This document shows, in pieces, positions 1 to 9,633 of a stretch of DNA of 36,937 bases (position 1 is the stretch's first letter; the number at the start of each line of letters is the position of its first letter). The stretch covers positions 1-36,937 of the IMG/VR virus record IMGVR_UViG_3300032301_000136, one strand, 5' to 3'. This DNA comes from a virus (lineage: Duplodnaviria; Caudoviricetes). A program made the translations under genes and the position numbers. The notes below the pieces were generated by a model. That model saw only the letters and a list, made by a program, of their open reading frames with translations, had not been told where the DNA came from and made no database searches.

Positions 1-26
1 ATCTCTTGAATTGTTGGCGCAGTCAT
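1..26 (-). CDS. 5' fragment (MTAPTIQE-) of the gene that continues at the other end of the window (36679-36937)
   Basis: ATG at 26 with AGGAGG 8 nt upstream. Reading across the 1/36937 junction gives MTAPTIQEMQEIVWRVMGKGS, in frame with the 36679 ORF. Confidence 0.75.
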
Positions 27-94
27 TTTGCAAGCCTCCTATAGAATTCGTCCAGTAATCCTTCTAGCCATAAGACATCTGCTGGGTCGATCAT
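23..94 (-). CDS. Small 23-aa hypothetical protein (MIDPADVLWLEGLLDEFYRRLAK)
   Basis: Not in the ORF track. It has ATGA start/stop overlaps with both neighbours. Confidence 0.6.
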   Translation of the reverse strand: MIDPADVLWLEGLLDEFYRRLAK

Positions 95-912
95 AACTTC
101 ATCCCAGGAGGCGTGTAGCCCTTGACCCAAGCCCATACCCTCAAGAGCGCATTGAATGCGATTCCAGCCTGGTACAGCTCGTCATCTTCCCACACCCTTG
201 TCATCAGCTTGCTCGAATCATTCGAAGCAAGCACGATGGATACGCACGCTGCCTTTGGATTCTCGCTCGCGGTCCTATAAGCCCACAATTGGGGGCAGTC
301 AGAGGTTTCATAGAACGGATCATATTTGGGATTCACCTTGCGGTTTTTAAGATCGATGATCGCGTCACCAATTCCTTTAAGCTTCACATATGCGTCACAA
401 CGACCAGCGTACCCTGCGCCAACTAGGGCTTTTTCGCACCAATATGTCTTTTCAACATTGGCTTCCGCCCAATCTTTAAAGGTTTTAATAAAGGGAGCAA
501 GTGTCTCATCTCTGGATATGGGTCTTCCGAGGAGGACGTTCTCCAATTCAAGGTGCATTTTCGTGCCATGTTCAGCTGCCTTCGTTGTTGATTCTTTAGA
601 GTCCTTAACCACTCTTCGAGCGTAATCTTCGAGCGTTTCATTTTCCTCCTTAGGAAGTGTAAGCGATGCCATGATCGCCTGCTCAATCTTCCAGTTTGTA
701 AGTTGCGGTTTATCTAGGATGGACAAAATCGATGTGACGCTAGGGTAAAGAAGCATCTTCCTAGCATCGGCAACAGTCGTATTCCTAAAGTTGCCATTCT
801 TGCCCATAATAGTGTGGGCGGATTCGCCATCAGCGGTATACCAATGACCGCTAGACTCGGTTTGAACAAGTCTAGCTGTCGATGGCTCCTTACTGGTAAT
901 AGTAAGTGCCAT
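91..912 (-). CDS. PD-(D/E)XK exonuclease (phage recombination, Cas4/lambda-exonuclease-like)
   Basis: Motifs YPSVTSIL, GTKMH, E, GYAGRCD, IIDLK and QLWAY. It lies next to the SSB-like gene. Confidence 0.85.
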   Translation of the reverse strand: MALTITSKEPSTARLVQTESSGHWYTADGESAHTIMGKNGNFRNTTVADARKMLLYPSVTSILSILDKPQLTNWKIEQAIMASLTLPKEENETLEDYARRVVKDSKESTTKAAEHGTKMHLELENVLLGRPISRDETLAPFIKTFKDWAEANVEKTYWCEKALVGAGYAGRCDAYVKLKGIGDAIIDLKNRKVNPKYDPFYETSDCPQLWAYRTASENPKAACVSIVLASNDSSKLMTRVWEDDELYQAGIAFNALLRVWAWVKGYTPPGMKL

Positions 913-917
913 ACAAT

Positions 918-1562
918 TTAGAACGGAACCTGGTTGCCGTCTGCGTCAAGTTCAGCCTTGCTGGCAGTAGGTTTCCCTGTTGCCATCTGGAATTCCTTGC
1001 TGGCGCGAACCTTGTCCTGTAGCCACTCTGGAAGAGCAGCGAAGACTTCGTTCTGGCCATTCTCAATCTCGTAGAACACATGCGAATTAACCGACTCCTT
1101 GGGAGCGGTCATGCCCTTGGGCAACTTGCTGATCGCATTGATGGCGCAGTACTGCCTGCCTGCCTGCGAGGTTTTGTGCATCAAGGTTAGCAGGGCTGCT
1201 TTGCCAAGCAGATTTTTGAGGCTGAACGAGGCCAGCTCTTTCGATGTGAAAGCTGCACCGCGCCAAGACTCAAGGTGCTTGCGGAGTGTCGCACGCTCAC
1301 CCAGCGAGCGAGTCAACTCAAGACTTACCATCATAGGCTTGGTAACCTTTGTGGTCTTGCCGTTCTCCACTACCTCTCCATCAATCACCTGGTCAGGCAA
1401 TTCGAAGGTTAATCTCACCTTGGGAGACATCTTCTTCTCGCCGTCCCAATTGGTTTCTTGGAGTCCCATGTCAATCAATTGGACCAAGACTCCCATCGTC
1501 GTTCCTGCTTCAGGCAGTTGACGTTCCGTTGCTTTTGCCGATTCACTTAGTGTTAGGCTCAT
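918..1562 (-). CDS. Single-stranded DNA-binding/replication protein (NGO0469-like phage family)
   Basis: LIDMGLQ..KVRLTFEL..SLGERATLRKHLESWRG pattern and an SSB-type acidic tail DADGNQVPF. A/C-rich leader with GAAAGG. Confidence 0.7.
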   Translation of the reverse strand: MSLTLSESAKATERQLPEAGTTMGVLVQLIDMGLQETNWDGEKKMSPKVRLTFELPDQVIDGEVVENGKTTKVTKPMMVSLELTRSLGERATLRKHLESWRGAAFTSKELASFSLKNLLGKAALLTLMHKTSQAGRQYCAINAISKLPKGMTAPKESVNSHVFYEIENGQNEVFAALPEWLQDKVRASKEFQMATGKPTASKAELDADGNQVPF

Positions 1563-1637
1563 TTGTTTCGTACCTTTCTTTTTTTGGTTTTGGTTTTTGT
1601 GTCAGGTGTAAGTTGGACTAGGACTGAAAATAGATTC

Positions 1638-2084
1638 TTATTTGTTGGGGTTAATAGTTGAGAGATCAGATTGTTCTTGTACATAGAATCCTTTCGCGAC
1701 TGTTGTGTGTGTTGGTTGATTTGGTGCATATTCAATAGTGACATTTGCAGGCGCGAGTTGTCTAGCTAATTCGCACGCGCTGTCGGCGGTTAAAATAACA
1801 AGCCATTCCTTACGGCCATTACGGCGGAAGAACACCGCTGGGATCTTGCCTGCTGGGCAGTCACGCTTCGACTGCTCCATCCACTCCTCTGGCTTTAAAG
1901 CCTGACAGCGTTTCCCCTCGATATGAAAGGGGAAGTTCTCGCACACCACATCACCACTACCACCCTCTGGATTGCCAGCGTATTGCTGACTACGGCGAGC
2001 CTTCTGCCATCCCTGCTCGCGAAGATAATTTGCTAACTCACGCTCCCCTGCTGCACCCTTTGCCCTGCTATTAATTTTGCCCAT
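1638..2084 (-). CDS. Holliday-junction resolvase-like PD-(D/E)XK endonuclease
   Basis: NSRAKGAAGERE..GDV..HIEGKR..PAVFFRRN motifs typical of phage Hjc-like resolvases. Confidence 0.85.
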   Translation of the reverse strand: MGKINSRAKGAAGERELANYLREQGWQKARRSQQYAGNPEGGSGDVVCENFPFHIEGKRCQALKPEEWMEQSKRDCPAGKIPAVFFRRNGRKEWLVILTADSACELARQLAPANVTIEYAPNQPTHTTVAKGFYVQEQSDLSTINPNK

Positions 2085-2099
2085 TTGTTGGTTTTAGCA
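2085..2099 (-). promoter_or_regulatory. Candidate extended -10 leaderless promoter of the resolvase/SSB/exonuclease operon
   Basis: TGc-TAAAAC-N6-ATG(2084). Confidence 0.4.
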
Positions 2100-2129
2100 G
2101 ACCAACCCAGGGCGCGTCGAGATCTATTT

Positions 2130-2309
2130 TTAATTAAGCCAAGTTTTATTAGCGTGACTAATATCCTCGTCAAACTTGCGAATCATTGCTTGCATAGTCA
2201 ACTTCTTGACCATCTTTTGGTTCTTCTTGACCCACTCCACCGCCTCGTCAAAAGACTGTGCGTCTTTCAATCCATCCTCAAAATACTCCCATGCCTCCTT
2301 CTCGGTCAT
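2130..2309 (-). CDS. Hypothetical 59-aa protein (MTEKEAWEYFEDGLKDA...)
   Basis: Not in the ORF track. ATGA overlap with the stop of 2306-2689, and it fills the gap. Confidence 0.75.
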   Translation of the reverse strand: MTEKEAWEYFEDGLKDAQSFDEAVEWVKKNQKMVKKLTMQAMIRKFDEDISHANKTWLN

Positions 2310-2689
2310 AGGTTCTTAAATACACGCCAACCACCTCCTGTCGACGGACAAAGCTTGGTTGTGACAGACCTGCACTTGGCGATAGGTAACAGCCAAAACA
2401 GGTCATCATTCATACCCCAACACGCAACGTAATCCACACCACTAATAGCGCGCTTTGGTATGTTAAACCCATTACCAGTACTTGTGGTAAAACGATACTT
2501 GGTGCGCCCAGGTTCAACAGTTTGAGCGGTCTTAACCTGGATGCGAAAGAACTTGTTATCCTTCTCTGCCACAACATCGTACCCAGCGAAATCTTCATAA
2601 GGTGTCAACACGTTATACCCACAGCGCAAGAGCGCGCCAGTAACGCGAGCCACCCCTACCGCACCTATTTGCCGTGAACTTAATTTCAT
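2306..2689 (-). CDS. PD-(D/E)XK endonuclease, group I intron-associated/I-Ssp6803I-like family
   Basis: GYNVLTP..YDVVAEKD..RIQVKT..Y.F..VDY pattern. Confidence 0.75.
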   Translation of the reverse strand: MKLSSRQIGAVGVARVTGALLRCGYNVLTPYEDFAGYDVVAEKDNKFFRIQVKTAQTVEPGRTKYRFTTSTGNGFNIPKRAISGVDYVACWGMNDDLFWLLPIAKCRSVTTKLCPSTGGGWRVFKNL

Positions 2690-2691
2690 TG

Positions 2692-2719
2692 TTGACGTAC
2701 TCCTAATTTAGCAGATACT
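2692..2719 (+). promoter_or_regulatory. Sigma70-type leaderless promoter
   Basis: TTGACG-N16-GATACT-N6-ATG(2726). Confidence 0.65.
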
Positions 2720-2725
2720 AGAAAA

Positions 2726-3115
2726 ATGAAAACAACAAACACACTTATCGCGCTTGCCCTCTCTACTGCGTTTACATGTCTCGCGGATGACCGCTTGAGC
2801 CAAGAAATTGTGGCTGCCGTCTATCGAGGAAGCAGCACGCATGTGCTTGCTGGGAATTCCGCTGTGGGTGCTGGTGGCGCGCTTGTCAAAGCAGGAGACA
2901 CACTTCTTACCCCTGAAGGTGCTTACGTCCAAGCTGGTGGGAGTTACCTCAAGCCTGGTGGAGGTGCTGTCGTTAAGGCTGGCAGTAGCTACGTTGGAAC
3001 GGACAGCTCGCTTGTTAACGTTGGTAGCGGATTGAATCTTATTCTTATTGGCTCGGACGGCGCGAGCATTGGGGCTGGCAATACTATTCTTCGCCCCCTT
3101 CTTCTTCCGCACTAG
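2726..3115 (+). CDS. Secreted Gly-rich repeat protein of unknown function
   Basis: Sec-type signal peptide MKTTNTLIALALSTAFTCLA and ~14-15-aa repeats A.V.AG..Y..P.G. It has its own promoter. Confidence 0.8.
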   Translation: MKTTNTLIALALSTAFTCLADDRLSQEIVAAVYRGSSTHVLAGNSAVGAGGALVKAGDTLLTPEGAYVQAGGSYLKPGGGAVVKAGSSYVGTDSSLVNVGSGLNLILIGSDGASIGAGNTILRPLLLPH

Positions 3116-3675
3116 CCTACCCCCCACATCGCCTGCCGATTCCTTATCCTGTTCTCAAGACCAGCGATAAACTTCTTTCGGCTTGAGTCGTTGTAGGCCA
3201 ATTCGTATTCGTAATCCAATTGTGCCTGACTCATCGCCTGCATTAACGCGCGTGGGTGAACCTTGTTGATTGCTTCCAGAGTTTTAGGACCAATCTTGCC
3301 ATCCACATCCACCTTAATCTTGAGAGCGTTTAGCCCTTTCTGGATAAACCTTGTTGCACCGCCCATCCCTCTATTGAACGCGAGATCTTGCGTGAATGCT
3401 TGCATGACTTGAGGCAATTTGGATACGAGTGGGCTGGTGTATTCTTTGATATATCGCGCTGCCTCTTTTGCCCTTTCTTCCGCTGGCAACTCTGAGAGCT
3501 TTTTGAATTCTTCTGGATGGTATTTGTCATTGATTCCAGCTATCTCGTAGCTCCCACCACCATCTCCGTCAGGCAACTTGTAGATCGCCAAATTGCCGTT
3601 GTGATCGAACCTGCCCTCAAGCTTGACTGTCTCAATTGCAGCCAATAGGAGCGGATCTACTTCTGTTCCGCTCAT
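3112..3675 (-). CDS. Endolysin, GH108-like lysozyme with C-terminal peptidoglycan-binding domain
   Basis: EG..DGDGGG.YEIAGI, DLAFNRG and VDGKIGPKTL motifs. Confidence 0.85.
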   Translation of the reverse strand: MSGTEVDPLLLAAIETVKLEGRFDHNGNLAIYKLPDGDGGGSYEIAGINDKYHPEEFKKLSELPAEERAKEAARYIKEYTSPLVSKLPQVMQAFTQDLAFNRGMGGATRFIQKGLNALKIKVDVDGKIGPKTLEAINKVHPRALMQAMSQAQLDYEYELAYNDSSRKKFIAGLENRIRNRQAMWGVG

Positions 3676-3683
3676 AGCACACC

Positions 3684-5807
3684 CTATTTCTTATTGATTT
3701 CTTGCTCAACCGCTTGATTGCGGAGGGCATCGTGAATTTCCTTGATGTCTGGATCTTGGTTTGCTTCGTAAATCTTGTTTAGTGTAGCGATGGCTGCTGA
3801 CGTGTTGGAGACAGGCTTGACAGAGTTTGTGGCAAGCCAGTTTACAAACTCTGGATTGGTGAATAGTCGAGCAGCCTGGTTGGCTTGAATCATCAATCCG
3901 ATTACACCTTGAGCAAAACCCAACTTACCAGCAAATAAAGATCCTTGCACGCTGGATATTGTTGCTGGTCCAACCACAGCTCCAGCCGTGCCTGATGGAT
4001 TGGCTAGAATTGCGCTGCCATCCCTTATTTTGTTTGAAACTTTTGCAATTGTGTCCATGTCCTTCTTGAATTGGCTTCCGAATCTTCCAAACAAAATGTC
4101 CTTTGACGCATTGTCAAGCTTCCCATAGTTTTGCAGGAATTTGTTGGTGCTGAATACGTCACCTGTTTCATCTTGCAGGCCAGCAACAGCCTTACCCATC
4201 CTTGAAATGTAGGCAGCCGATACGGCTTTCTGAGCATCCTTGGGTACGGCGTTGAATACTTCACGCAGTTTTGTTGGGCCGTTATTCGCGCCACTTATTA
4301 CGGCTTGGTACGCATCTTCTGGATTCTTATTTAGGATCACAGATTGGATTGAATCCATTGTGTCGTGGAATTTCTTGGTATAAACATTCGCCTTCTTAAA
4401 GGCAGCTTGAGCCTCTGGTCCTTGTTGCGCTGCTGCGTTCTCAAGATCCTTCGACAATGCTCCGTATAGACTCTTCCATTGCGCCTTGGGTACGTCTGGA
4501 GCTAGGTCAACTGTAGCTATCTTCTCGCCAACCCAAGAACGCAGATCGCGCAAGACGTTAAACGGAATTTCTCCAGATGGACTTAATCTCTTTGTCTCCT
4601 CAAGCCCACCCAAAAGCGATGTTAGTTGCGTATTGGAAATTGAAGCCTGAAGTTCTGGTGAAGCATTTCCAAGCCTATTGGTGAACTCATACAATTTCCC
4701 CATAGTCTCGTCCGAATTAATCGGAGTGCGCTCTGGCATATATTGGTCAAAACGATTATAAAGAGCCTTTTGGGTCTGCCTTGCCCTGGGTACAAACACT
4801 TCAGAGAATCCCTTCTGGATTGCCTTGCCTGCCTCAACTGGTTCTGTAATTGGCGATAGCTGAGTTCTTAGTTCCTCAACCTTCTTGCCTACCTCGGCCT
4901 GCTGTGCCAATCCCTTCTCCCTCATTTTCATCATTCCGCCTGGATACCTGCCAACTGTTGTTTCAATAGATTGTGTCAGGGGATTTTCAATTGCTTGACC
5001 AAAAGTTGGAGTAGTTCCAGCCTGACCATATAGCTCAATATTCTTGGCAATCTGTTCCTGCGTCTTCCCACCGCGAAGCATTCTTAATATTAAATTCCTA
5101 GATGTTTCAGTTGCTCCAGCAGTTCCAGCAATTGCTGCTGGTATTGTAGAAACTCCAAGCTGCTTGGCAGTAGATGCTACTTGAGCCATTCTTGAAATTG
5201 GCGAAGGAGCTATTGATCCAGCCAATCCAACAATCCCTTGCTCCAGCGGACTTGCGCCAGCTTCCCCAGCAGCAGCAGCAGCTCCAGATCCAAGTGCAGC
5301 ACCAGCAACCTGCGTCCTTGGCGAAGCACCAAGTATCTCGCCTATTTTCTGGATTGCCTTGGGCGCGCCCTTCATCCCAGCCATAGCTTGACCACCCATA
5401 ACGAGCGGAACCATCTCGGCAACTCCGCCCACAACCCTGGACTCAATGCGCTCAAGCGGAGTCTCTGGTTTGGGTAGGCCAATCTGATTCTTGATATCCT
5501 CCAGAACCTCGCTGAGTTCTGGTACTTTCCTCTTCTCGTCACCCTTCGCAACGAGCGAATTGTAAACCTTTGCGCCGATATCGGCCAAGAATGCGCCAGA
5601 AGCACCAACGCGAGCAGCAGGAGCAGCAACCTCAAATGGCGCGCCTGCTATTGCTCCACCCAAAGCACCAACAGTCGCAGGCGTAATCGCTTCTCTTGCG
5701 ATTAGGCCAGCCTGTCTACCCACCATCTCTGGAATGCTTCTGTCTTGAGTGGCTGGAGCCTCAACCGCAATCTCCTCACCCTTACTATTTACTGGTATGA
5801 GTGCCAT
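3684..5807 (-). CDS. Internal virion/DNA ejection protein
   Basis: Large helical Ala/Gly-rich protein with hydrophobic segments, last gene of the podovirus structural block. Confidence 0.7.
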   Translation of the reverse strand: MALIPVNSKGEEIAVEAPATQDRSIPEMVGRQAGLIAREAITPATVGALGGAIAGAPFEVAAPAARVGASGAFLADIGAKVYNSLVAKGDEKRKVPELSEVLEDIKNQIGLPKPETPLERIESRVVGGVAEMVPLVMGGQAMAGMKGAPKAIQKIGEILGASPRTQVAGAALGSGAAAAAGEAGASPLEQGIVGLAGSIAPSPISRMAQVASTAKQLGVSTIPAAIAGTAGATETSRNLILRMLRGGKTQEQIAKNIELYGQAGTTPTFGQAIENPLTQSIETTVGRYPGGMMKMREKGLAQQAEVGKKVEELRTQLSPITEPVEAGKAIQKGFSEVFVPRARQTQKALYNRFDQYMPERTPINSDETMGKLYEFTNRLGNASPELQASISNTQLTSLLGGLEETKRLSPSGEIPFNVLRDLRSWVGEKIATVDLAPDVPKAQWKSLYGALSKDLENAAAQQGPEAQAAFKKANVYTKKFHDTMDSIQSVILNKNPEDAYQAVISGANNGPTKLREVFNAVPKDAQKAVSAAYISRMGKAVAGLQDETGDVFSTNKFLQNYGKLDNASKDILFGRFGSQFKKDMDTIAKVSNKIRDGSAILANPSGTAGAVVGPATISSVQGSLFAGKLGFAQGVIGLMIQANQAARLFTNPEFVNWLATNSVKPVSNTSAAIATLNKIYEANQDPDIKEIHDALRNQAVEQEINKK

Positions 5808-5814
5808 TGTTTTA

Positions 5815-7170
5815 TTATGGGGCTAGTCTGAATTGCTGACCATTTATATTTACAACATCTCCATCACGCATTCCAGCAGCGCGAGCTTCGGCCTCAGTCT
5901 TAAATGTACTCTTTCTCTTCATTCCGAATGAACCAATATCTTCTGGATCTGCATTGGCATCAAGAACGGATTGAACCGATTTAACTCCAAATCCATTGGC
6001 GCGAGCATCAGCAACAAACTTTCTAGCCAAGACCTTCTTTAGCTCGCCTAGTCTTTCTGGCGCAGCAAAGTTAATCACGGCAGTAGGATCGGCAATTGCG
6101 GTCATTAACACGTTCCTATCTTCCTGCGTCATCGTGCCAGGACCACCGATTGCAATACGCATTTGTCCAGCAAGGGCTGTCCTTATCGCATCCGCGCGTG
6201 CCATGAGTCTTGGCCTAGCCAAAACATCGCCTGTTTGAACTTGATTGCCAAGGTCAAGGAGTTCGTCGATTCCGCCAACAGATGAGACAAAGTTTGGCAC
6301 AAGTCCGCGAACTTCATTGGCAGATTTCTCGCTGCTGGCCATTCCCTCAAGCCCAGGGATCTTGAGTGCGTTCTGAGCGATCTTCTTGGTCTGAGCATCT
6401 TCGTATCCAGACATTTTGCCAATGGTCTGCTCCGCAGCCATGCGTTCTGGTGAACCTTCTGGAAATGAATTAATATAAGATATAGCCTTCGCCTTCATCG
6501 GAACGAGCTGTTCCAATCTCTGCTGGTAAATAGATCCAATATTCGCTGTGGCTGGAACTGTTCCTCCACCAAGACCTTCTGGTACTGGAAGCGTTCCAGT
6601 AAGTTCGCCTAGTTGCTTGCTTGTCGCAGCCTGCGCAGCTTCTGTTCCAATCATCCTCTTGCGCATGTCTGCCTCAAGCTCTAGCGCAGGGCGCATCATT
6701 TGAGTTGCCATATCCTTTTGCATGACAGGACCAGCAGCTCCTTCTGGAAGCGTAGCTGATGCGGATTGTAAATTCTTAACTCGCTCGCCAGCAGTAGAGG
6801 CAAGCTCCCCCTGCGTTGCCAAGTCCTGCTCCAGCGCGCTCCTTAGTCCGCTAAGACGAGCAGCCTCGATTGGCGCGTACTCAGGAGATGCCTTTCTGCG
6901 CTTCTCTTCTTCGGATGCAATTTCGCTTTTCAGCTTCTCAACCCCAAGCATTCCCTTCTCTCTCTCGGCTTGGAGCGCAGCCTGTCCTTCTGGACTCTTT
7001 AGATACTCTTGTTCTGCATTGAACTTCTCAATTTGAGCGCGCAGGTAGTCCTGCTGCATCTTCTTCGTTTCGCGCTCAGTTGCGACATCAGCTTGCTTCT
7101 GCCTGACAGCCTCTTCGTAGGCTGGGCTTTTATAAACAGTAAATGGTCCGAACTGTACTAGATCGGCCAT
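5815..7170 (-). CDS. Internal virion/DNA ejection protein
   Basis: Coiled-coil-rich protein in the ejection-protein position. Confidence 0.65.
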   Translation of the reverse strand: MADLVQFGPFTVYKSPAYEEAVRQKQADVATERETKKMQQDYLRAQIEKFNAEQEYLKSPEGQAALQAEREKGMLGVEKLKSEIASEEEKRRKASPEYAPIEAARLSGLRSALEQDLATQGELASTAGERVKNLQSASATLPEGAAGPVMQKDMATQMMRPALELEADMRKRMIGTEAAQAATSKQLGELTGTLPVPEGLGGGTVPATANIGSIYQQRLEQLVPMKAKAISYINSFPEGSPERMAAEQTIGKMSGYEDAQTKKIAQNALKIPGLEGMASSEKSANEVRGLVPNFVSSVGGIDELLDLGNQVQTGDVLARPRLMARADAIRTALAGQMRIAIGGPGTMTQEDRNVLMTAIADPTAVINFAAPERLGELKKVLARKFVADARANGFGVKSVQSVLDANADPEDIGSFGMKRKSTFKTEAEARAAGMRDGDVVNINGQQFRLAP

Positions 7171-7171
7171 G

Positions 7172-8767
7172 TTACGCTACTCCGCCAAGTGAATATGATT
7201 TAAATCCGCTTGTTATTGGTGAAGCAAGATTCCCAATACCACCTGCGATCTGTGCGAATTGCGCAGCTCCAGATGGTTGCTGGCTTTGCGCTTGTAGATA
7301 ATTTCCATATGTGCTGGCCTGATAATTCGCCAGCGTGTTATAAAGTGACGCAGCGGTTTGCTGTAATGCAAGCGGAGCATTCGGATTAGTTGTTTGATAA
7401 AATTGTTGTGCTGTGCTTGCACCCTGGCCAAAGCTACCAGGAAGTGCTTGATTGGCTTGAATGTAGCCTTGGAACGCTGCGTTCTGTTGTGCAGTCCTTG
7501 CACTACCAAGATTGTAAAGCGATGGACCACCAGCAACAAAACCAGCAGCAGATCCAAGCCTTGTTTGTAGCAAGGCATCACGGAGTGCAAGATCGCGCTG
7601 TAGGGCATCACCAGTTGTTTGGCCAGAGGATAAGAACTGAGAGGCTGCTCCGAATCGTGCAAGCTTACGAGCCTCGCCAGCAGCACCAGATTCGACAGCT
7701 TCCTGAACGGCAGGAGCAACACCAAAGATGTTGCCTCGAACTGTTTGAGCTGCGCGAGCTGCCTGCTCGTACTGCCTGCGCTCGTCCGCACCAAGCGTAG
7801 AGCCAAGTCTTAATTGGTTTAAGGCTTCTTGCTCAATCTGGCTTCGCAGGTCTTCGGTCTGTTGCGATGTAGTTGCAGGCAATTCTTCAGTTGCTAATTT
7901 TCTGTATTTCTCGCCAAGAGCAACGGCTGTCTCGTAAGCTTTCGGATCAATCTGTTTTAGCTGATCGCTGGCGCGTTCCTCTGGAAGTTTAAGGAATTCC
8001 CTAAAAGATGTGATTTCCTTCTGCCCAGCGGTATCAACGGATGTGATCGGCTTAAAGCCTGCAACCTGTGCCTGCGCCGAGGTGATTGCCTCGTTGACGC
8101 TTCTAATATCCTCGTTAAGAGTTTTGAGTGATGCCTCAAGCGGAGCGCGCCTTGCGTCATCGGCTTTTAGCTTGGAAAGCAATTCGTTGGTTGAAACAAT
8201 CTTGTCGTTAATGCCGACAATCTGAGTGTTGCCTCGATCAAGAACAGATTTGAGCGAATTTAGTTTTGCCTCGTTGTAATCGTTTATGATCTGATCGTCG
8301 GAAACTTGGAAGTTAAGCCTTGTGCCAAGGTTGGACGCGCCATAGTTTCTTTCTCCAGATAGAGCGGTTAATGCACCACTGAGTCCAGTTGCTCCAGCCC
8401 TAATCTGCCCAGCAGCAGTATTCAGTTCGCCTGCTTGCTTGGTGTAGCTCTCGTCAAGCTTTCTGGCTGCTACTGCTTCTGCTGATTTAAATTCTTCGTC
8501 TGCCAAGTACTTGTTGTAAGCGTCATCAAAACTCTTTGCCATTCCTGCTGGGTCTTTTGCGGACATGGAATAAACCTTGCCGTCATGCCTGTGCGAATAG
8601 GTTGATGTGCCAGCCAGAAATTGATTGTAGTCAGGAACTCTAGGACTTCCGTCTACTTGGCCTGGGCTTCTTCCGCCACTCGGATAAAGTGCCATTATGC
8701 CAGCATCGCCACCAATGCTCGGCTTGTACTGTTGATTAAAAAATTCTTGCTTTGATAATACTGCCAT
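7172..8767 (-). CDS. Internal virion/DNA ejection protein (likely start MAVLSKQ at 8767)
   Basis: Gln/Ala-rich helical protein with a Gly-rich hydrophobic C-terminus. Synteny supports the call. Confidence 0.65.
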   Translation of the reverse strand: MAVLSKQEFFNQQYKPSIGGDAGIMALYPSGGRSPGQVDGSPRVPDYNQFLAGTSTYSHRHDGKVYSMSAKDPAGMAKSFDDAYNKYLADEEFKSAEAVAARKLDESYTKQAGELNTAAGQIRAGATGLSGALTALSGERNYGASNLGTRLNFQVSDDQIINDYNEAKLNSLKSVLDRGNTQIVGINDKIVSTNELLSKLKADDARRAPLEASLKTLNEDIRSVNEAITSAQAQVAGFKPITSVDTAGQKEITSFREFLKLPEERASDQLKQIDPKAYETAVALGEKYRKLATEELPATTSQQTEDLRSQIEQEALNQLRLGSTLGADERRQYEQAARAAQTVRGNIFGVAPAVQEAVESGAAGEARKLARFGAASQFLSSGQTTGDALQRDLALRDALLQTRLGSAAGFVAGGPSLYNLGSARTAQQNAAFQGYIQANQALPGSFGQGASTAQQFYQTTNPNAPLALQQTAASLYNTLANYQASTYGNYLQAQSQQPSGAAQFAQIAGGIGNLASPITSGFKSYSLGGVA

Positions 8768-8768
8768 A

Positions 8769-9245
8769 TTAAACACTCATGTTCGGATTGGAAATATTTG
8801 TTCCAATGGTTGAAAAATAATCGACAGGAGCTGCGCCTTGTGAGAACGCGACTTCTGGTTGAACTGCGCCATATGGGCTTTGCCCATAAAGACGAGCAAA
8901 CTGAGTTGTCATCTGCTGACCAAGACCCTTGTTCAAAGCAAACGCTTCTGGCGAGTACTCGTACTGCCTACGAAGCGATTCCAAGGTGCGCTGTGCGCCG
9001 TACTGGCGTTCCAGCTCAAGGTTTGATTTAACGGAAGAAGCCTGGTCTAGAGCGGATAACTGCCTCTCCAGCTCCCTCTGCTGGGGCATATATTGCATGC
9101 GAAGCTTGTTCTCAAGCTCGGCCATAGCAGGGGATTTCTCGATATAGGTGTCAATGTTCTTGCGATACATTTCGGCATTAGCCTGCGCTACGGCCATAGG
9201 GTCTGGCGGTGGCGGAGGTGATGGAATTGATGGTTTGCCTCCCAT
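8769..9245 (-). CDS. Virion protein with MGGK..PPPPPDP N-terminus
   Basis: This N-terminal pattern is common in podovirus internal virion proteins. Synteny agrees. Confidence 0.65.
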   Translation of the reverse strand: MGGKPSIPSPPPPPDPMAVAQANAEMYRKNIDTYIEKSPAMAELENKLRMQYMPQQRELERQLSALDQASSVKSNLELERQYGAQRTLESLRRQYEYSPEAFALNKGLGQQMTTQFARLYGQSPYGAVQPEVAFSQGAAPVDYFSTIGTNISNPNMSV

Positions 9246-9246
9246 A

Positions 9247-9633
9247 TTAAGCTAATGCCTTTCTCATGAATTTGTAGTAATCGTACTCCTTTGGTTGTCC
9301 TAAACGTTTAAAAATGATTCGCTTGCGTGGTCCGAATCGATCCAACAGGATCAATAGCAAGCCTTTGAGTGGTGCTACCGACTCAGCATTTCTAATACCA
9401 CTAGTAGCACACAAGTCAACAAAGATATTGTCTCCATGCTCGTCGTGGACGTAGTGACCCACTTCAGAGCCACTATTGACGCACCTGGCCAAAGCAACGC
9501 CAAGAATCTCATCATTCCTGTTCCTTAATGTACCCATAAGTCCCTGCTTATCAAACCATGCCACCCACTCCCTAAAGTTAGGCCACATTGCCTCGGAAAC
9601 GCCACTTTTCTCAAGAAACTCTACCTGGGTCAT
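9247..9633 (-). CDS. GNAT-fold-like virion assembly protein (T7 gp13 position)
   Basis: Size and position directly after the nozzle, with a beta-rich ILGVALAR..IFVDL pattern. Confidence 0.5.
   Translation of the reverse strand: MTQVEFLEKSGVSEAMWPNFREWVAWFDKQGLMGTLRNRNDEILGVALARCVNSGSEVGHYVHDEHGDNIFVDLCATSGIRNAESVAPLKGLLLILLDRFGPRKRIIFKRLGQPKEYDYYKFMRKALA

Noticed and set aside
91-912. Cas4 as part of a CRISPR system
   Set aside because: It lacks the four-Cys Fe-S motif, and there is no array or other cas gene. The context is SSB plus resolvase.
2306-2689. Group I intron
   Set aside because: No interrupted host gene or intron core is visible, and the flanks are tightly packed genes and a promoter.
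7213-7806. 197-aa same-strand alternative-frame ORF in the ejection gene
   Set aside because: It has no recognisable motif and its composition is that of a shifted Ala/Gln-rich frame, unlike the methyltransferase beta frame.
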